Assembly: GCA_002633005.1 (NCBI GenBank)
Contig: NMRA01000956.1
Location: 1-64,000 of the forward strand
Source of the DNA: Phoronis australis
Taxonomy: Eukaryota > Animalia > Phoronida
Length of the DNA stretch: 64,000 nt
Direction of reading: 5' to 3'
Position numbers and translations under genes: made by a program. The notes beneath the pieces are model-generated. The model saw nothing but the letters and a program-made list of their open reading frames with translations. It ran no database searches and was not told the origin of the DNA. Of the stretch, positions 30,101 through 45,100 are shown one piece after another. Position 1 is the first letter of the stretch, and every line of letters begins with the position of its first letter.

Positions 30101-33100
30101 GTAATCTCATCCGTAAGTCTTTATTACACTGTGAAGTTGAAGTGTGAGGAAAATTTTGGGGACACTCTGCATAATATGCAGACATTTTTATGCACATCAA
30201 ATATACAGTACACTCAGTTATTTAAATACAACAGTTCACCTTAAGACTTCATCATGTTTCAAAGTTAACATCTTGTGTTGGTCAGCTGACCCCTGCTTAT
30301 CGACTTCAGGTGACCCCTTAAGACCAGGGGAGATAACCTCTTCCTGTGCTGGCTCCTCAACCACAATGTCAAGATTGGTGTCGATAAACGTCAGTGGAAC
30401 CGTGTCCATGTGTTCTGGTATGGAGAGTTCATCTTCAGACGAAGAGGCCCTTGATAACCGACTTCGCTTGCGAGCAGATCTGAACAATTAAATAAATAAA
30501 TTATTCAGTCCATAAATTCCACAGCTGTTTGGCTGTTAGGATATGATTTTAGTGTAAATGAAGATTCAAACTCCAACCAACATTAAACGCCTCGGAGAGT
30601 CTTCAAGCAAAATAAATTAAGACAAAACACAAAACGATAGCTAGCAGTTAATAATGCAAAATGGAATGATCTGTTTCAGTAAAACCAGCTAGTTCCAAAT
30701 AACTTTAATTAATATGTTGTTTGCCAACTGAGGAGTTCAAAGTTCACTACAATCACTGATCAAAAGTAAGTTATTCACAAGCAAGTTTGTGCAATAAAAA
30801 GAGAACAAAAAAATACGCTTAAGTGTCCGATCATTTCTCACACATTTTTGATTAATGAATTCATACATGAATCAGGATTGTGATAAATGATATCAAGCTG
30901 ATGATAAATGATCATCACTCAGGGCATCATTCGTGGACAATCTCTTTCGATCATTTATCAAGAGATTTTAATATTATCACAACTGATGACAAACCTTGCA
31001 TAAAAATTATACCAACCATTTCATCAATCACCTCATACTGATTACGGATTTATTGCAATGGATGACAGAATCTGATTTGAATTCATTTAATCTTAATATG
31101 ACAAATTTTGGTCAACAGAACTTGCTGTCTGGATAAAAAAGAAGACTGATTGACAAGTTAGTATTTTTACCCTTCGGTCAGCATTACATCAGACTTGTGA
31201 GCAGGAGACAAAATCCTGGATGAGCGCGACAGGTCTTTCATGCTTTGTTCAAGAGACGTGTCCTGCCGTAACTGCTCGGACACTGCGCTTTGCTAGAAGT
31301 AACATGATGACCAATAAACTTATAAGAAACTTTTATGCATGTCATTTTCATAGGCGACCTGCTTGATTATGACATGTTGGTCATTTCTACACTTGTTGCA
31401 AATCCTGTAGTGCTTATCAATAAGACAACGAAAATAGCATATGATATCAATTGGTTCTGTTCACCTGACTCATTTTGAAACCTGCGCCTCACTAAAACAA
31501 AATGTCCATTTGTATCATTTTTGAGACTTTTTTCAAAAGCTACACAAACGTATCTATTAAGTCATTTTTTTAACAATTTGACCATGCTTTGACTAGGTTT
31601 TGACTTGCAATGGGTGTCAGGTGACTTTTTCTTTGTGAAAATTAGGAAAACTAAGAACTCTAGCATCAGTTTACAAAGATCAGAACAAATTTTGCTTCTT
31701 TAATTGGCCTTATATAAGTGTTGCTAATAGTTTGTGACTTTTATTTCACAAGTAACAGGCACACATGATGCTCCCAATATACTTGCTAAAAATATTCAGC
31801 AATTCCGTAACTTTGAAAAACTCCATGGTAATTCCACATGGTCATTTGAAATAAAATCCCCATTTCCCATAACGAGTGCCCAATTTGCATCACAACTTTG
31901 ACCAGAGCAACTTTGTAAATCAAAGCACATTACACTTATTAATCTTATAACGAATAACAAGAACCACCAATGACAGATGATTGACATGATGACCTACAGT
32001 GACCATAGAACAGTATAGTCTTCCAAGATTTTAGCCAAAAGATCTCTTTAAACTTTCATATTACTAACCTCGACTTGGGGAACATTAACTGGTTCTGCAA
32101 CTTGAAGAAGTTCTTCTTCTATATCTGAAAGTATTCCTGATAACTGATCTCACTCAAACACAAAAACAGACACCATGAATATTAAGCAATTTATGAATTT
32201 TTATAATTGGTCACATCAGCTCTAACTTCATAATGCCGCAATCATCCATTCAAGTTGACTGCTTAATCCACACATCATACAACTGGTGTTGAACTTTCAC
32301 CAACTTTGGAATGTACTTCATTCTCACAGGTTCATCATTTCTTCCTCTACCATTCTCTTACAATTCCACAATTTATTTTTCCTTAGTCCTTTGACATTAT
32401 TTTTTTCAATTCTTACTTAGTGAGAAATCAGGAATATCTTTGTCTTCAACTTTTTGAGTCCAATGCATAATTATAATTTCTCAAATGGTTCTGTTGCCAT
32501 GTATCAAAATTCCAGATAGAAGTCTCTAACTCCAGTTCCCAGACCAGCAGATATAAGATTTTAAAAGTGTGTGTGGTACAAATCCCCAGACATGTACCCC
32601 TAAATCACATGGGCAGGATCAAGATTCCTTATCCAGACTTATGTTGGGTAAGGAATCTGGTGCCTATATCTCCGTGCATCAAGCATTCTCATCATGTGCA
32701 TTGCATTTAGGGGAGTGAGTCAGGGGTTAACTTAGCATCTGCTGCTCTGGGACTGGGGTTTCAAGGATTGTAGGACTACATGGTGAAACTTGGAGGTATA
32801 TGGCCTTGGAATCTGTTTCCACCCAGACAGTACTTAAATTCATCTACTATAATGCAGAGACCACATAGATCAACGTTCAAGCGATGATTTATGGAAATAT
32901 AATACAACATAGAATCAACATACCACTAGGGTGAGCCACTGTCCATAGCTCATTTTCACCTTCCTGTGCCTGGCGCTTTGTTTTACAGTTTCTTAACCAC
33001 AGTGGAAGTAGTTGATGGTTCCCCATGGCTTTTGGAGAATTCATTCACAACAGACAGTATAGTTATCAAAATGAAGTAAATATAAAGCCAAAACTAAATA

Positions 33101-36100
33101 ATTATTTGAATTCTGGCTAGATCTAAATAAAATCCTAGCAATTACATGTTGTGGAAATCCTAACGACTTACCGCGCAAGTCCATGAAAAACTTGAGTGCT
33201 CTAATAACCTCAAATTCAACAATGACAAAAAATGCCATTTTTATTTCGACAAAAGTTCGACAAAACCGCCGTACAGTACTGGCAAGGGTGTTTATCCTAC
33301 TAAGTTTCGCAGAATTTGGCATACATCTAAGTGTCTAGTTCATATTAAAAACCAAAACGCATTTTGGAAAGTGTGGTTCATAGAGTTGTGCTGTCACAAC
33401 ATCGACAAAAAATTTCCTTTGACAAACTGACCAAAAATCCGAAATCAAAAGCTGCTTCATTCCTTACAAAATCAGCAACACGATTATGAAAAGCATCCAG
33501 AACAAAACTTCAAGACAATTAAGCACTTCTACCAGAATTTGAGCAATTCAATTCAAGTTTACAGTCAATTTCTGTGGATTGCAGAAAAAGCAATCCCAAC
33601 AAAATTAACAAGGCAGTTTCATGCTTACGCTTACCACGCGTCAGCCTAATTGTGGTACTGCTCCTAAATGCGGGACTGCGCCTAATGGTAGGACTGCACC
33701 TAATGGTGGGACTGCGCCTAATGGTGGGACTGCACCTAATGGTGGGACTGCGCCTAATGGTGGGACTGCGCCTAATTGAGGGACATTTGAGTAGAAACTC
33801 ACATTGATTGTGGTGCTCTGGATAAAAGCGCACATCAACGAGAATGTTATCGAACAAAACAAGCATAAATTGCTGTGTGCAGGGTGTCAGAGAATGAATG
33901 GTGTCACACTCGAATCAATGATCTACACAAGGGAAGGCAGCCACATAACCTCAATGATGGCGAAGTTATTGACTTGATACACACCGGTCACTTCATCTTT
34001 GGACACAGACAGCAATTAAAGTCAGACATGGTAGATTTTGATTAGATGTCAAAGCCAATGCCACAGTAGTAGACAGTCAGGTTGAGCAATGACAACTCCA
34101 ATGCTGCTAAAATGTTTATTAACTACGGTGTAATTGTTTTTTATAAGGAGTTGAACCAAGCATAATTTTTTATTACGCAAGTTGTTCTTGAAAATAATGC
34201 TCGTAATGCGTTTTAAAAGACAAGTGCATATTTTCAGAATTCAACTTTTCCAGTACCCCCCAGAGTGTCACTAACGCCACACGCTGTGTGAAATAAAATG
34301 TATTTAATAGACTAAGTGTATTTTATAAAATCATTCTACGTGCGCTTTTAACCGGAGCACCGCCTGTGCCTGATTGCCTAACTTAGGGACATTTGAGTAA
34401 AAAATCTTGCAAAAAACGCAGTGATCCATATATAGGTGCATGCCCCTAATCGCGAGGCTATACGGTAATTTCCCTCTTTCTTGACCCCATGTAATTTTCC
34501 TGTATTTTGACACAGGCACATGTATCCGAAATATTGCAGCATTTTTTCAAAGAAAATTCTGCTTTAAGTGTTTCAAATACAGATGCATGAGCTTATACTT
34601 GCAGACTCATGCGTCTAATTGTGGGTATAGGACTGGCTGTAGATTCGTACATACTAGCTTATTGTGTTGCATAAAACTGGATTGACATTTAAGTGTACAA
34701 TGTAGCTTTGCATAGTCACACACGTCAGGTGCCTTGTTCTCAACATATAGATGCGGCAGTAAGTAAAAGAATGGTCGCTTTAAAATATTTGAATGCAGAG
34801 CATTGGCAAAAACAGACAACGTAAGACCCACCTTTCCTAGTTGGTTGCAGAAAGAAATCTTGTAACTTTCTGGCTTTCACAACAGGTATCACATCAACCT
34901 AATAAACAAAGAAAGCATTATTGGTGAAAATGAAATTTTTGTGTAATTAACATAATGATTTTTTATCCACCACTAAAATGTCATTAACCCAATGAAAAAA
35001 TATTGTATAATCAAATCAAAATAGCCACGTTAGTAAAACTGTCCTGTGCTTCAAATTTGACTCAATACGTCGACAAAGACAAGAAACGCAGGCTACTAAT
35101 GTTGTCTAATAACTAGGTACCTGGCTCTAGTCAGACACATTGAACTTGCTAAATAAAATACTATGTATAAAGGTACCATAATTATTCAACATCTGAGCAT
35201 ATGACCCAGTGTTCAGAAGTCTGGCTTAAGTCACATATCAGAGTATTAAATATTCTGTAAACTTATAGGATGAAAAGCAGTCGATGCATTTCAGTAATAG
35301 CAACTGGCGCACTGTGCTTGCGGGTTCTTCACAGAAAGGTCAAAGGTGTGAAACTGCTAATAAAATTAATAACAAGTGATCGTAGCAAAACATTAAATGA
35401 TTTACCAAATCCATGCATAAATCTCCTGCAGTTGCTAGGTTGTTCCTAATGGTACTCTTTGACAAAGTAGTCTCTTCATCAGCAAATAGAAGTTGTCGCT
35501 TACGGAGAGCCCTTTTTTTCGTAGGGCTGGGCATTAAGGGTGAGAGTTCAAAGGTCACATCTGCAGGTCGCGGCCGTTGAACTGGTGAATTTTGCGGAGG
35601 AGTTACCCCGGGGCTAGCGCGGTGTCGCTGCAGTACAGGTGGCTCTTCCAAGAGTGCCGAGGGAACACGGGGAGTTTCGTGCAGTCTGCAACCAATAAAT
35701 TTACTCAGAGGTTGTCTTGAATAATCCACATATGAGCATTAAAATAGTATCACAACCTTATTCAAGCTTGGACAATATTCTTCAAATTTTTTGGGACTAC
35801 CTATCAAAGATTCCACACTAACATTACATAAGATTGCTAGCAACACGGCATACATCTTTATTTATTTTAAACCAGTGCACTCAGTTATGCCTTTGCCACA
35901 TGATCTACGCTGTGTTGCGCAAACAGGTTATTGGATAATGCTTTTTTCATCATGATTTGATGTGAAAACGAGTTTTTCTAGGTGACAGATTTTGCTCAAG
36001 AAAGCCACTTTGACTTATTTTTAACCAGCAACATGCACACCTGTGGTTACCTTAAGACATGGTTTTGCAATTAAGCTTTCAATTTCTTGCTAAACAAGAC

Positions 36101-39100
36101 AACTGGACAAACGAGATTTCACTCTATATATTTGGCAAGGCTAATTTAGCATACTCAAAATCCAGTTGTTGAGGTGATATTTAGCAGGACCAAGCTTGGT
36201 CAAATTTAGCCGAGTTGTGCATATAGACACAAAATTATTGAATGTCTGTAAGACTTAACTGCTTTGTATTAATTTCACACCGTCTCAAAAGCTATTGATC
36301 AAAACAGCATACAGCTGTACACTACATGTGAAAGCAAAACGTGGAATTCTTTGACTCTAGACACTTGTACAAATCAAAAACACAAAACTTGTAAGTTTGG
36401 GATCTTCCTCACATACACTAGCGAAATGGCAGCCACTGAGAAGTGATTACACAGTGACGGTGTAATGATACATTGTGGGATTACTCTCCATTTCTACATT
36501 ACAAGAGCAAAAATTTCTCTACGCTAGCATTTCAAGATACAGAATGCATCCCATTGTAATATTGTACATAATGGAAATGCTGATAGTGAAGTGTTGTTAC
36601 ATGTCACCAGAGAACACACAAAATATGAATTAGTATACACTGACAGCAGCAACTGATCATTAGAGCTGCAGTACGTAACAAACGACTGGTTGCTCACATC
36701 TGTGCCACAGGTGACATGTGTGTCGTTGTCTCCAGTCCCTCGATCAAGCCATCCATTCCTTGGTCACCTTCAAGGATGTTCTGCAGAGTTAAGTCATCCG
36801 GGGGAGGGATATCCAGGTCACCAGGGATCTGAAGAAGCAGCAGCAGGGTAAAAGTAGCTGTAGCAATAATGGTACTACAGTTATAGTAGACGTAATGGTA
36901 GCAGGAGTAGTAATGGTTAGGGAACGTATCAACAGTAGTAACTATAGTAGTACTAGTAGTAATTATAGCAGGAGTATTAATGGTTAGGGAACGTAGCAAC
37001 AGTAGTAACTATAGTAGTACTAGTAGTAATGATAGCAGGAGTATTAATGGTTAGGGAACGTAGCAACAGTAGTAACTATAGTAGTACTAGTAGTAATGAT
37101 AGCAGGAGTAGTAATGGTTAGGGAACGTAGCAACAGTAGTAACTATAGTAGTACTAGTAGTAATGATAGCAGGAGTAGTAATGGTTAGGGAACGTAGCAA
37201 CAGTAGTAACTATAGTAGTACTAGTAGTAATGATAGCAGGAGTAGTAATGGTTAGGGAACGTAGCAACAGTAGTAACTATAGTAGTACTAGTAGTAATGA
37301 TAGCAGGAGTAGTAATGGTTAGGGAACGTAGCAACAGTAGTAACTATAGTAGTACTAGTAGTAATGATAGCAGGAGTAGTAATGGTTAGGGAACGTAGCA
37401 ACAGTAGTAACTATAGTAGTACTAGTAGTAATGATAGCAGGAGTAGTAATGGTTAGGGAACGTAGCAACAGTAGTAACTATAGTAGTACTAGTAGTAATG
37501 ATAGCAGGAGTAGTAATGGTTAGGGAACGTAGCAACAGTAGTAACTATAGTAGTACTAGTAGTAATGATAGCAGGAGTAGTAATGGTTAGGGAACGTAGC
37601 AACAGTAGTAACTATAGTAGTACTAGTAGTAATGATAGCAGGAGTAGTAATGGTTAGGGAACGTAGCAACAGTAGTAACTATAGTAGTACTAGTAGTAAT
37701 GATAGCAGGAGTAGTAATGGTTAGGGAACGTAGCAACAGTAGTAACTATAGTAGTACTAGTAGTAATGATAGCAGGAGTAGTAATGGTTAGGGAACGTAG
37801 CAACAGTAGTAACTATAGTAGTACTAGTAGTAATGATAGCAGGAGTAGTAATGGTTAGGGAACGTAGCAACAGTAGTAACTATAGTAGTACTAGTAGTAA
37901 TGATAGCAGGAGTAGTAATGGTTAGGGAACGTAGCGACAGTAGTAACTATAGTAGTACTAGTAGTAATGGTAACAAAGTAATAGTCAAAGTAGCAGTAGT
38001 AGTATTAGTAGTAATAGTAGAAATGTAGCTACAGTATTATTTAGTAGTTAGCAGTAACAGTTAGTAGCAATTATAGCAGTAGCATCAGTATGTAGCAATA
38101 GAAGTAACAGTAAGTAGTAGCAATAGAAGAGCAAGTAACAGTTAGTAGTAACAATAGCAGTAGCAGCAGTATGTAGCAATAGAAGTAACAGTTAGTAGTA
38201 GCAATAGAAGAGCAAGTAACAGTTAGTAGTAACAATAGCAGTAGCAGCAGTATGTAGCAATAGAAGTAACAGTTAGTAGTAGCAATAGAAGAGCAAGTAA
38301 CAGTTAGTAGTAACAATAGCAGTAGCATCAGTATGTAGCAATAGAAGAGCAAGTAACAGTTAGTAGTTATTACAGTAGTAGCAGTTTTGTAGTAGCAGCA
38401 GCAGAAGTTATAGCAGAACCAGTAGCAGTAGTAGTAAAAGTTACAGTGTATAGAAGCAATAGCAGTAGTTAGCATAGTCATTATGAAGCAGCAACAGAAG
38501 TGACAACACGAACAGTAGAAACAGAAGCAGTATAACAAGTTCTGTGGTAGTGGATGCTACAGAAAGTAAATTATGGTCGCACTGTGCATTAAAAAGCCAA
38601 GACTCTTTGCTTCTAATAAACATTAAATAAATGTTCATGCAAGCCAGGTGTTGCATTCCGTCTCTGTATGAAATTTAACAACTATATTATTCAACATATC
38701 TAACAGGAGTGAGTTTAACAATTGGTGCACAAGTTGTGGCAACTGGATGTATCGATGCGCCACAAACTTACGCCCTCAGGAAGGCGCTGACGATCATGTT
38801 CCACTAGGGTGATTGCTTGATTGGGAACAGTGTGCGGACTACCAATTTCTGAAATTAATTAAATAAATAAATATCAATGAGATCAAGATGTTTCAAACTT
38901 TCATAAACTTGTGGCAAGTCCATACAGTCAGTATTTTTGAACTGTTTATATAGTCATGTATAACAACTCTCTGAATTACTTTCTGAAAGTAGGAAACTCA
39001 ATGGCTGCATTGACCAATTAGAAACAGAAAAATTGAATTAGGATCAGTTACAAATTAATCAGTTAATTTACCCAAATACAACATTGGTCTACAAAACTAC

Positions 39101-42100
39101 AAGAATGATCTAGTTGTTTTAATATTTAATTCTAAGTTTCAGGAGACAGAATGGCTATAGAACTTTGAGCTCCAGATTCCCGTTTGGGAAACCCAGGTCG
39201 TGGATAACACAAGAACACAATTGAACATTGCCCGTCTAGGTGTCTCCAACTCCTCTGAGCTCTGTCTTACCAATGAATGTATGCAAGGGAGTAAATGAGA
39301 AGCTGGATATTACGCAAAAACGAATTCTGTGAGTGTGCAGCCTAATATTTAAAAAATTCTGGGTTTCAGACATTTGACGTCCAAGTTCAGAATACACTGT
39401 CTGGGATAGCAGCTTCTTTCATTTGGAAAGAGTGGACAGTGTACATTCCCTGTTCGAGGTTTTCATGTACTGCATGCACAAGTCCACGTAATCGGCCATG
39501 TCCAGTGTATACCCACTCCTCATATTTTCAACAAATTTCCACAAATAAACATTTCATGCTTGCCAATTAAAGCTCTCCCTCAATGTGTAAAGTAATGACT
39601 TCCTTGAAAGTTCCCCCGTCTTCATAAATATCAGTCTCATGCAAATTTATCCCCCAAAGCATAATCATGAAACTCGTTTATAGTCTTGAGCATTACTTAC
39701 ATGATTGTAGTCTTATATGGGCAAGGAAAATAATGGTATACCTTTAGTTATCAAATGAGGCATTTACCCAAATTAACTTTCATGTAGACAAGTCTTTTCC
39801 CAACTTCTCATTTTTTTCATTTTTAAAAGTCCCTTTATATTTGGTTTAATGCACTAGTCCAATATCAACAATTATTTGTGTCTGCAAACAATGAAATTAA
39901 TGTAATAGGTTAAAACACGTCCAGTGCCAATCGTCTAACTGTAAAACCAGTACACATGCACCTAGACTCGTGTGCTCTTAATTGAAGATAAGCCAAGATC
40001 TGAGTTCAGGTGCGCAAGCCCAAACACAAAAAATGGCACTGTTATGAGACAGTAGTGTCACCATTCGTGTCTATTGTGAGTCTGTTGAATTTTGTATCAT
40101 GTCAGGGCCTTGAATGTCCCAATTTTGGGGCCGAATATCAGCCCCATTACCCAACGAAAAGTAAATAAAAATTCACCAAAAGGTCCCAACAGGTTTAAAA
40201 ATATGACTGAAGGATAGAATCGCTTTTAACTCCCAAAGAACTTGGGATTTAGAATGTTTAATAAAATGAAAGAGAGCGGAATTGGGAGTGACCATGCTGC
40301 GCCACCTTCAGTCCATATTTAACAACACGTCCCAATTTATGATATCCACTTGCCGTGCAGACAAAAGACAGCCACATGTGACAGTGAGTTGCGTACACCA
40401 GTCCTAAAGCAAAAGATAACCATTTGAAAATACATTTTGTCAAATATGGTGTCGTTCGTCTGAATGCATGTATACGTATTAACAACAATATAGCAATGTT
40501 TTATTGAAAAGTTTAATTCAGACACTGCACTGACACTCTACTGTAACTGTTATGTTTTATTAGAATATTAATCTGAAACAAGAAAACACATGACAAAAAC
40601 AAACAGGCATAACACGTGCACAAAACTTCACCAAACTAAATATTATTAAACAAAAAAACTTTTCAGTTAAGGCTATGTGTCAAAACCTGGATTCCAATAT
40701 CTTCATTTTTTTAAATTAAATAAATTCAAGTCACACAGTTTTTGACTTCATTTTGTGCCTATATGAAACAACAGTTAGAAGTTATTAATTGAAGACATAA
40801 AGGTAACAAAACAAAGTTTAGAACTGGATGACAACCTGATCTAAATGGGATGAGGGTAGGACTGGGGCTGGATTCAGGAAGCTGTATAGAGGGGTACTGG
40901 CCAGGAGACCCGTTCAGACGCCAGTATTGCTAAGAAAGGGAGAATTTAATTTTAGAAGTAAGCAGCATAGTGTGCTTCAAATTGTTGCAGACTCGTTCAC
41001 AGCTATCTCAGTTCTGTTTCTTGAAATGTGACTTACGACACAAATTTGATCTTAGGCTCTTTTCTGAAAAATATACAAATCTGCTTGAGCAAAAGTGCAA
41101 AGTCTCTTAGAATGTACACTGACTCCGAGACATCATACTTGGTAGATTATTTCTAGATTGTCAAGTGCTCATTAATTACTGCAAAGTGAGAGTGCAAGAT
41201 CTAATTTCTGTTAAGTCATAAGTCACCATCATGAAACACCTTCAACTGATATATTAATAATAAGAAAACAATTCATTTATTAACACTGCCTAGTGAATTC
41301 AGTTTCCCACTTGCATACACACCACATACAATTACTCAAAAGCATTCATCATTAGTGCTAAAAAGTTTTTGAGAACTAAAGGTAAATAACACCTTCCAAG
41401 CTTATTGATCATTGTTGAATTATGGCTTAATGCAATATTGAAGTTAGGTGGGAGATTTCAGACAAAAAATAATTGCCAAAATACTGCCCCTTGTGAATGC
41501 ATTCAAAATGTCTGATAGCGGATATGCTCAGAACATAAGGCGTCCAATTGGTGCTACATTTGATTTCACGGAAACACCGAGAAATATCACCTGTCGACCA
41601 TACTGAGCCCTAAATTGGTGAGATTCTTTCAATCGCTGCCTAGTTGCAGTTGGAATCAATGCACAATACGTCTATCATTACAGCTGCGTTAGTGTTTTCA
41701 AATAAATCACGCTGACTCTACTTCCCTGAAACTCACCATGTCGTCATCAACGTACATTTCAGGTTCATCAAAAGTTGTCTTGAACAGTTCAAAGGTCGGG
41801 TCAAACTCGCACAGTTCCGGCAAGTCATGCAAAAGCTCGTGCCTGCCATGAACACAAAACAAAATGTAGTTCAGCCTTAAAGAAGTTATTAATTATTAAG
41901 AGGTCGTTCAACTAAACTATACGAAACAAATACACAGCTTAGCATCATGTTATTCCACTAGTTGGAAATGCTTTACCCGAAGCCTGTTCAATAATTAGGG
42001 TGGAAGCAAGTGATGCTCACTTCCTGAAAAGTTTTTACCAGTGAGTGCACACGAGCTTACATGAGGGGTGCAATGGCCCTCTTGGTAGCTAGTTCACTAG

Positions 42101-45100
42101 TCCAAGATGACTTGGGAGTTTTATGTTCATTAGACTGGATTGCAAGAAACATGTCACGAGTGAAAATGACGATTTGTGCTCTTAATAGCTAAGAACAGCT
42201 TTCGTGGAAGTCATTTTGGAATTGAATTGAGCACACGTTATTGCTCAGTAGTGAGTTTTTACCTAAGCAGGCATGTGTTTTATCAAACAGGCTTCTGGTC
42301 GTCCAAATACAGGTAGTAACAAATACAACTCCACCATATGTAACTCTTAGTTTCACTCAGTGATGCTTATACCAAATTTTTGAAATCTAATTCTTTTGGG
42401 AAAAGCTACCAAAATTTCACTGAGAATCCAGTGTGGTCACGAATGCATTGACCACGCTCACACTGCTGGGAATGGAAATTACGGGAAATTGTGAAATAAA
42501 TCAAGATTAATCAACAGTCTTGCTAGTTTACCTGAGCTTAACAGGAAGATCAATAGCAGCCGTGCTCTGCATCGAGTATGTAAAAACTCTCTGGCTGAAA
42601 GTTGTCACCTCATCTGAAATGAATAATTCCATTAAAATCACTTTTAAAACTAAATTTGCCTACCAACATATTCATTCCTAAATACTAAATGCAGATTACT
42701 TGGTCATTAGGAATCATCTCACTAAGGGCATCCAAAACAGAAAAAAATGATTTCATATGACATACGAGTAATTAACTCTTTAATCAAAGCAGCATCTAAC
42801 ACAGTTCAGTTGGCTAAGAAACGAGAGTCAAAGTGGTCACGTCTAAAATTGCAAATTTGAAAATGCCCATGTATGCCCTGCTTATAAAATAAGCTGGTAC
42901 TAGAAATTTAATAATATAATCTTATCAAGGAAAGGAATATTATGAGACTAATTTTCGTTTTTTAGTCAGCAATACAGGGCCATAAAATTATGAAAGACAG
43001 GGCCATAAAATTTATCCATCTTGTGTCACTTTTTATGTTCAAACTGAAAAAGTTATAATTAATAAGAAACTTACCTCACAAGCTTATTTATTTGTGTTTT
43101 GAAGTGTAGATGAAAGACACCTTTTTCAAATCACAGCCATAACTGACCAATATTTCATCAGTTACAATGAAAAAATACCTCTAGAATGGCTGGCTTTGGT
43201 CTTACCTTGAAAAAAACAGGTCTGGCAGCCGGCAAAATAATGAAAAAGGCACCAAAGACTAAACAGACATTTTGAAAAATTCATTATTTAAAACAAGTCA
43301 AAATGTAAGGTCACTCAACTAGGGGGAAAACATGGAAGTATAACCAGCTGGCTCTTGAGTGATTTCTGAGGAGAGTTGATAGCACCCTTTCATAACATGA
43401 CAGTCTGTGGAATTACTTATGACAAATTCATGGAAATACTGTCAGGTCAATTTAGATATTAATTGCATTTGCCAATGAGAGCAATTGAAATGATTACTTC
43501 ATCAGCAAATAAGAAACAGATCACCTATTTAAGTTGTTTTATGACATGCATATCTTGCAATCAATGGAGATTTGCACACAATGTACTTTAAGTCGAATTT
43601 CGGTATGAATGGAGACGTTTTGTACATCGTATACAGGTCTCCACCACTTTTATATGACTTATCACTCGGAACACAGATGCCACCTACTGTCCTGCTTAAA
43701 GAGACAAAAGCACATGTTGGAATTATTGTTGGATACAAAAGATTTCTTGAAGTTATTAGGTTTGACTAGGGTTATAAAACAACAAAATCCGAATGTTTTG
43801 TTTGGTAATTTCCTTCAAATTGGCCGACCTCACAAAATCATGTTTCTCGCCAATGTCCCTGTAAGTGAATGCTTACGTGACAGGTAGTCATGCTGCTTAG
43901 CGTACACCTTGATCACTCCGTACATAAGTTGTGCAGAAAGGTAGAGTGAGAAGCGTGGACGAGAGGTGTGGTAATCAGCCGGCTGAACCCTCACACAGAT
44001 GTAGTCAACCAAGTCTTCACTATAAATACAACATGAGGATAGAGGCCGTCATATAGAGCAGAGATAATTAAACAAAAATGTTGGACATCAAATAAACATA
44101 TAATGACTTTTAAAACTAAATTGTCTTAAAAGAAACTCTGTGGGCACTTCCGTCTGTGACAGACGTACAGTCAGAGAAGGTTTTGGTTAATTGTGAAAAA
44201 TCATTTCAAGCCAGAAAAGGAAAACAATCACTAGGTCTCATACAAGAAGGCATTTGTCAATACGTAACACAATTTTGTCTTTTCCTTTTGCTTAACTAAA
44301 AATTGAAGTGCTGTACAGATGTACCCAATGAATTTAAAGTTCTTCTACCAACTTTTGATTACCTGTGAATTGCACATGACGATTTAATGGTTATTATAAG
44401 TAAATGTAAATTATTTGCTGTGAAACCATTTCATTCAACCAGACAAAACACTGAAATACACAACCGTGACAACAGATAGCGCAGGTTGCATGACAAAAAT
44501 GCACGATAAAGTTGGTCAAGGATTGCTAACATTTAAACAAGAGCAACGTGAAGTGTTGAAATGCACCCATTACAGCATCGCAAATGGTATGCTTCTAGAG
44601 GTGTTTATTTCCAGCAGAAAAAATGGCCATTAGATGGCACAGAATACAATCAACCTATCCAAAAATGGGACGGTATCATCGTATCTCAAAATTATTTGCC
44701 AAATTTCATGAAAATCTGTCAAAGTTCTCCAAAGATACAAAAGCAAATGTAAAAAAACACTGCCACTAGGAGCCACAGCAATAGTCAATCCATCTACTTG
44801 CAGTCAGGTTAATAGGAATAGAAATTGCAAAATTTCCAAAACATTGCAAGGGGTTTGGGAGATACAGCGCCATAGATGTGAAAAAATGTCACTCAGGGGC
44901 ACCACAATAGTTGGAACTGTTTGAAAATACACGTCAGTCATGCTCTTGTCAGAAGGAACACATCTGCCAATTTTCATAAAGATCCTCTGCACGGTTTGGC
45001 AGATATAGAAGCTGATGACCAAAACCAGACTAAAAATAAATAAAATGGCCAATAATTGATGCAGAATACGTCAAATCCATCACACAAAGGAAAGGTACTG

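Noticed and set aside
32200-32860. Purine-rich, coding-looking minus-strand stretch between REC8 exons 11 and 12
   Set aside because: Stops in the frames compatible with the flanking phases, and no recognisable domain.
33519-33866. Repetitive ORFs (IRRSPT, LGAVPP, LMVGLR)
   Set aside because: Translations of an 18-bp minisatellite in a REC8 intron.
38071-38656. Cys/Tyr/Leu-rich 155-aa ORF
   Set aside because: Translation of a low-complexity triplet tract.
39271-39302. Possible extra REC8 exon ending at a GTAAGA donor
   Set aside because: 32 nt would break the frame between exons 6 and 7, which already join in phase.
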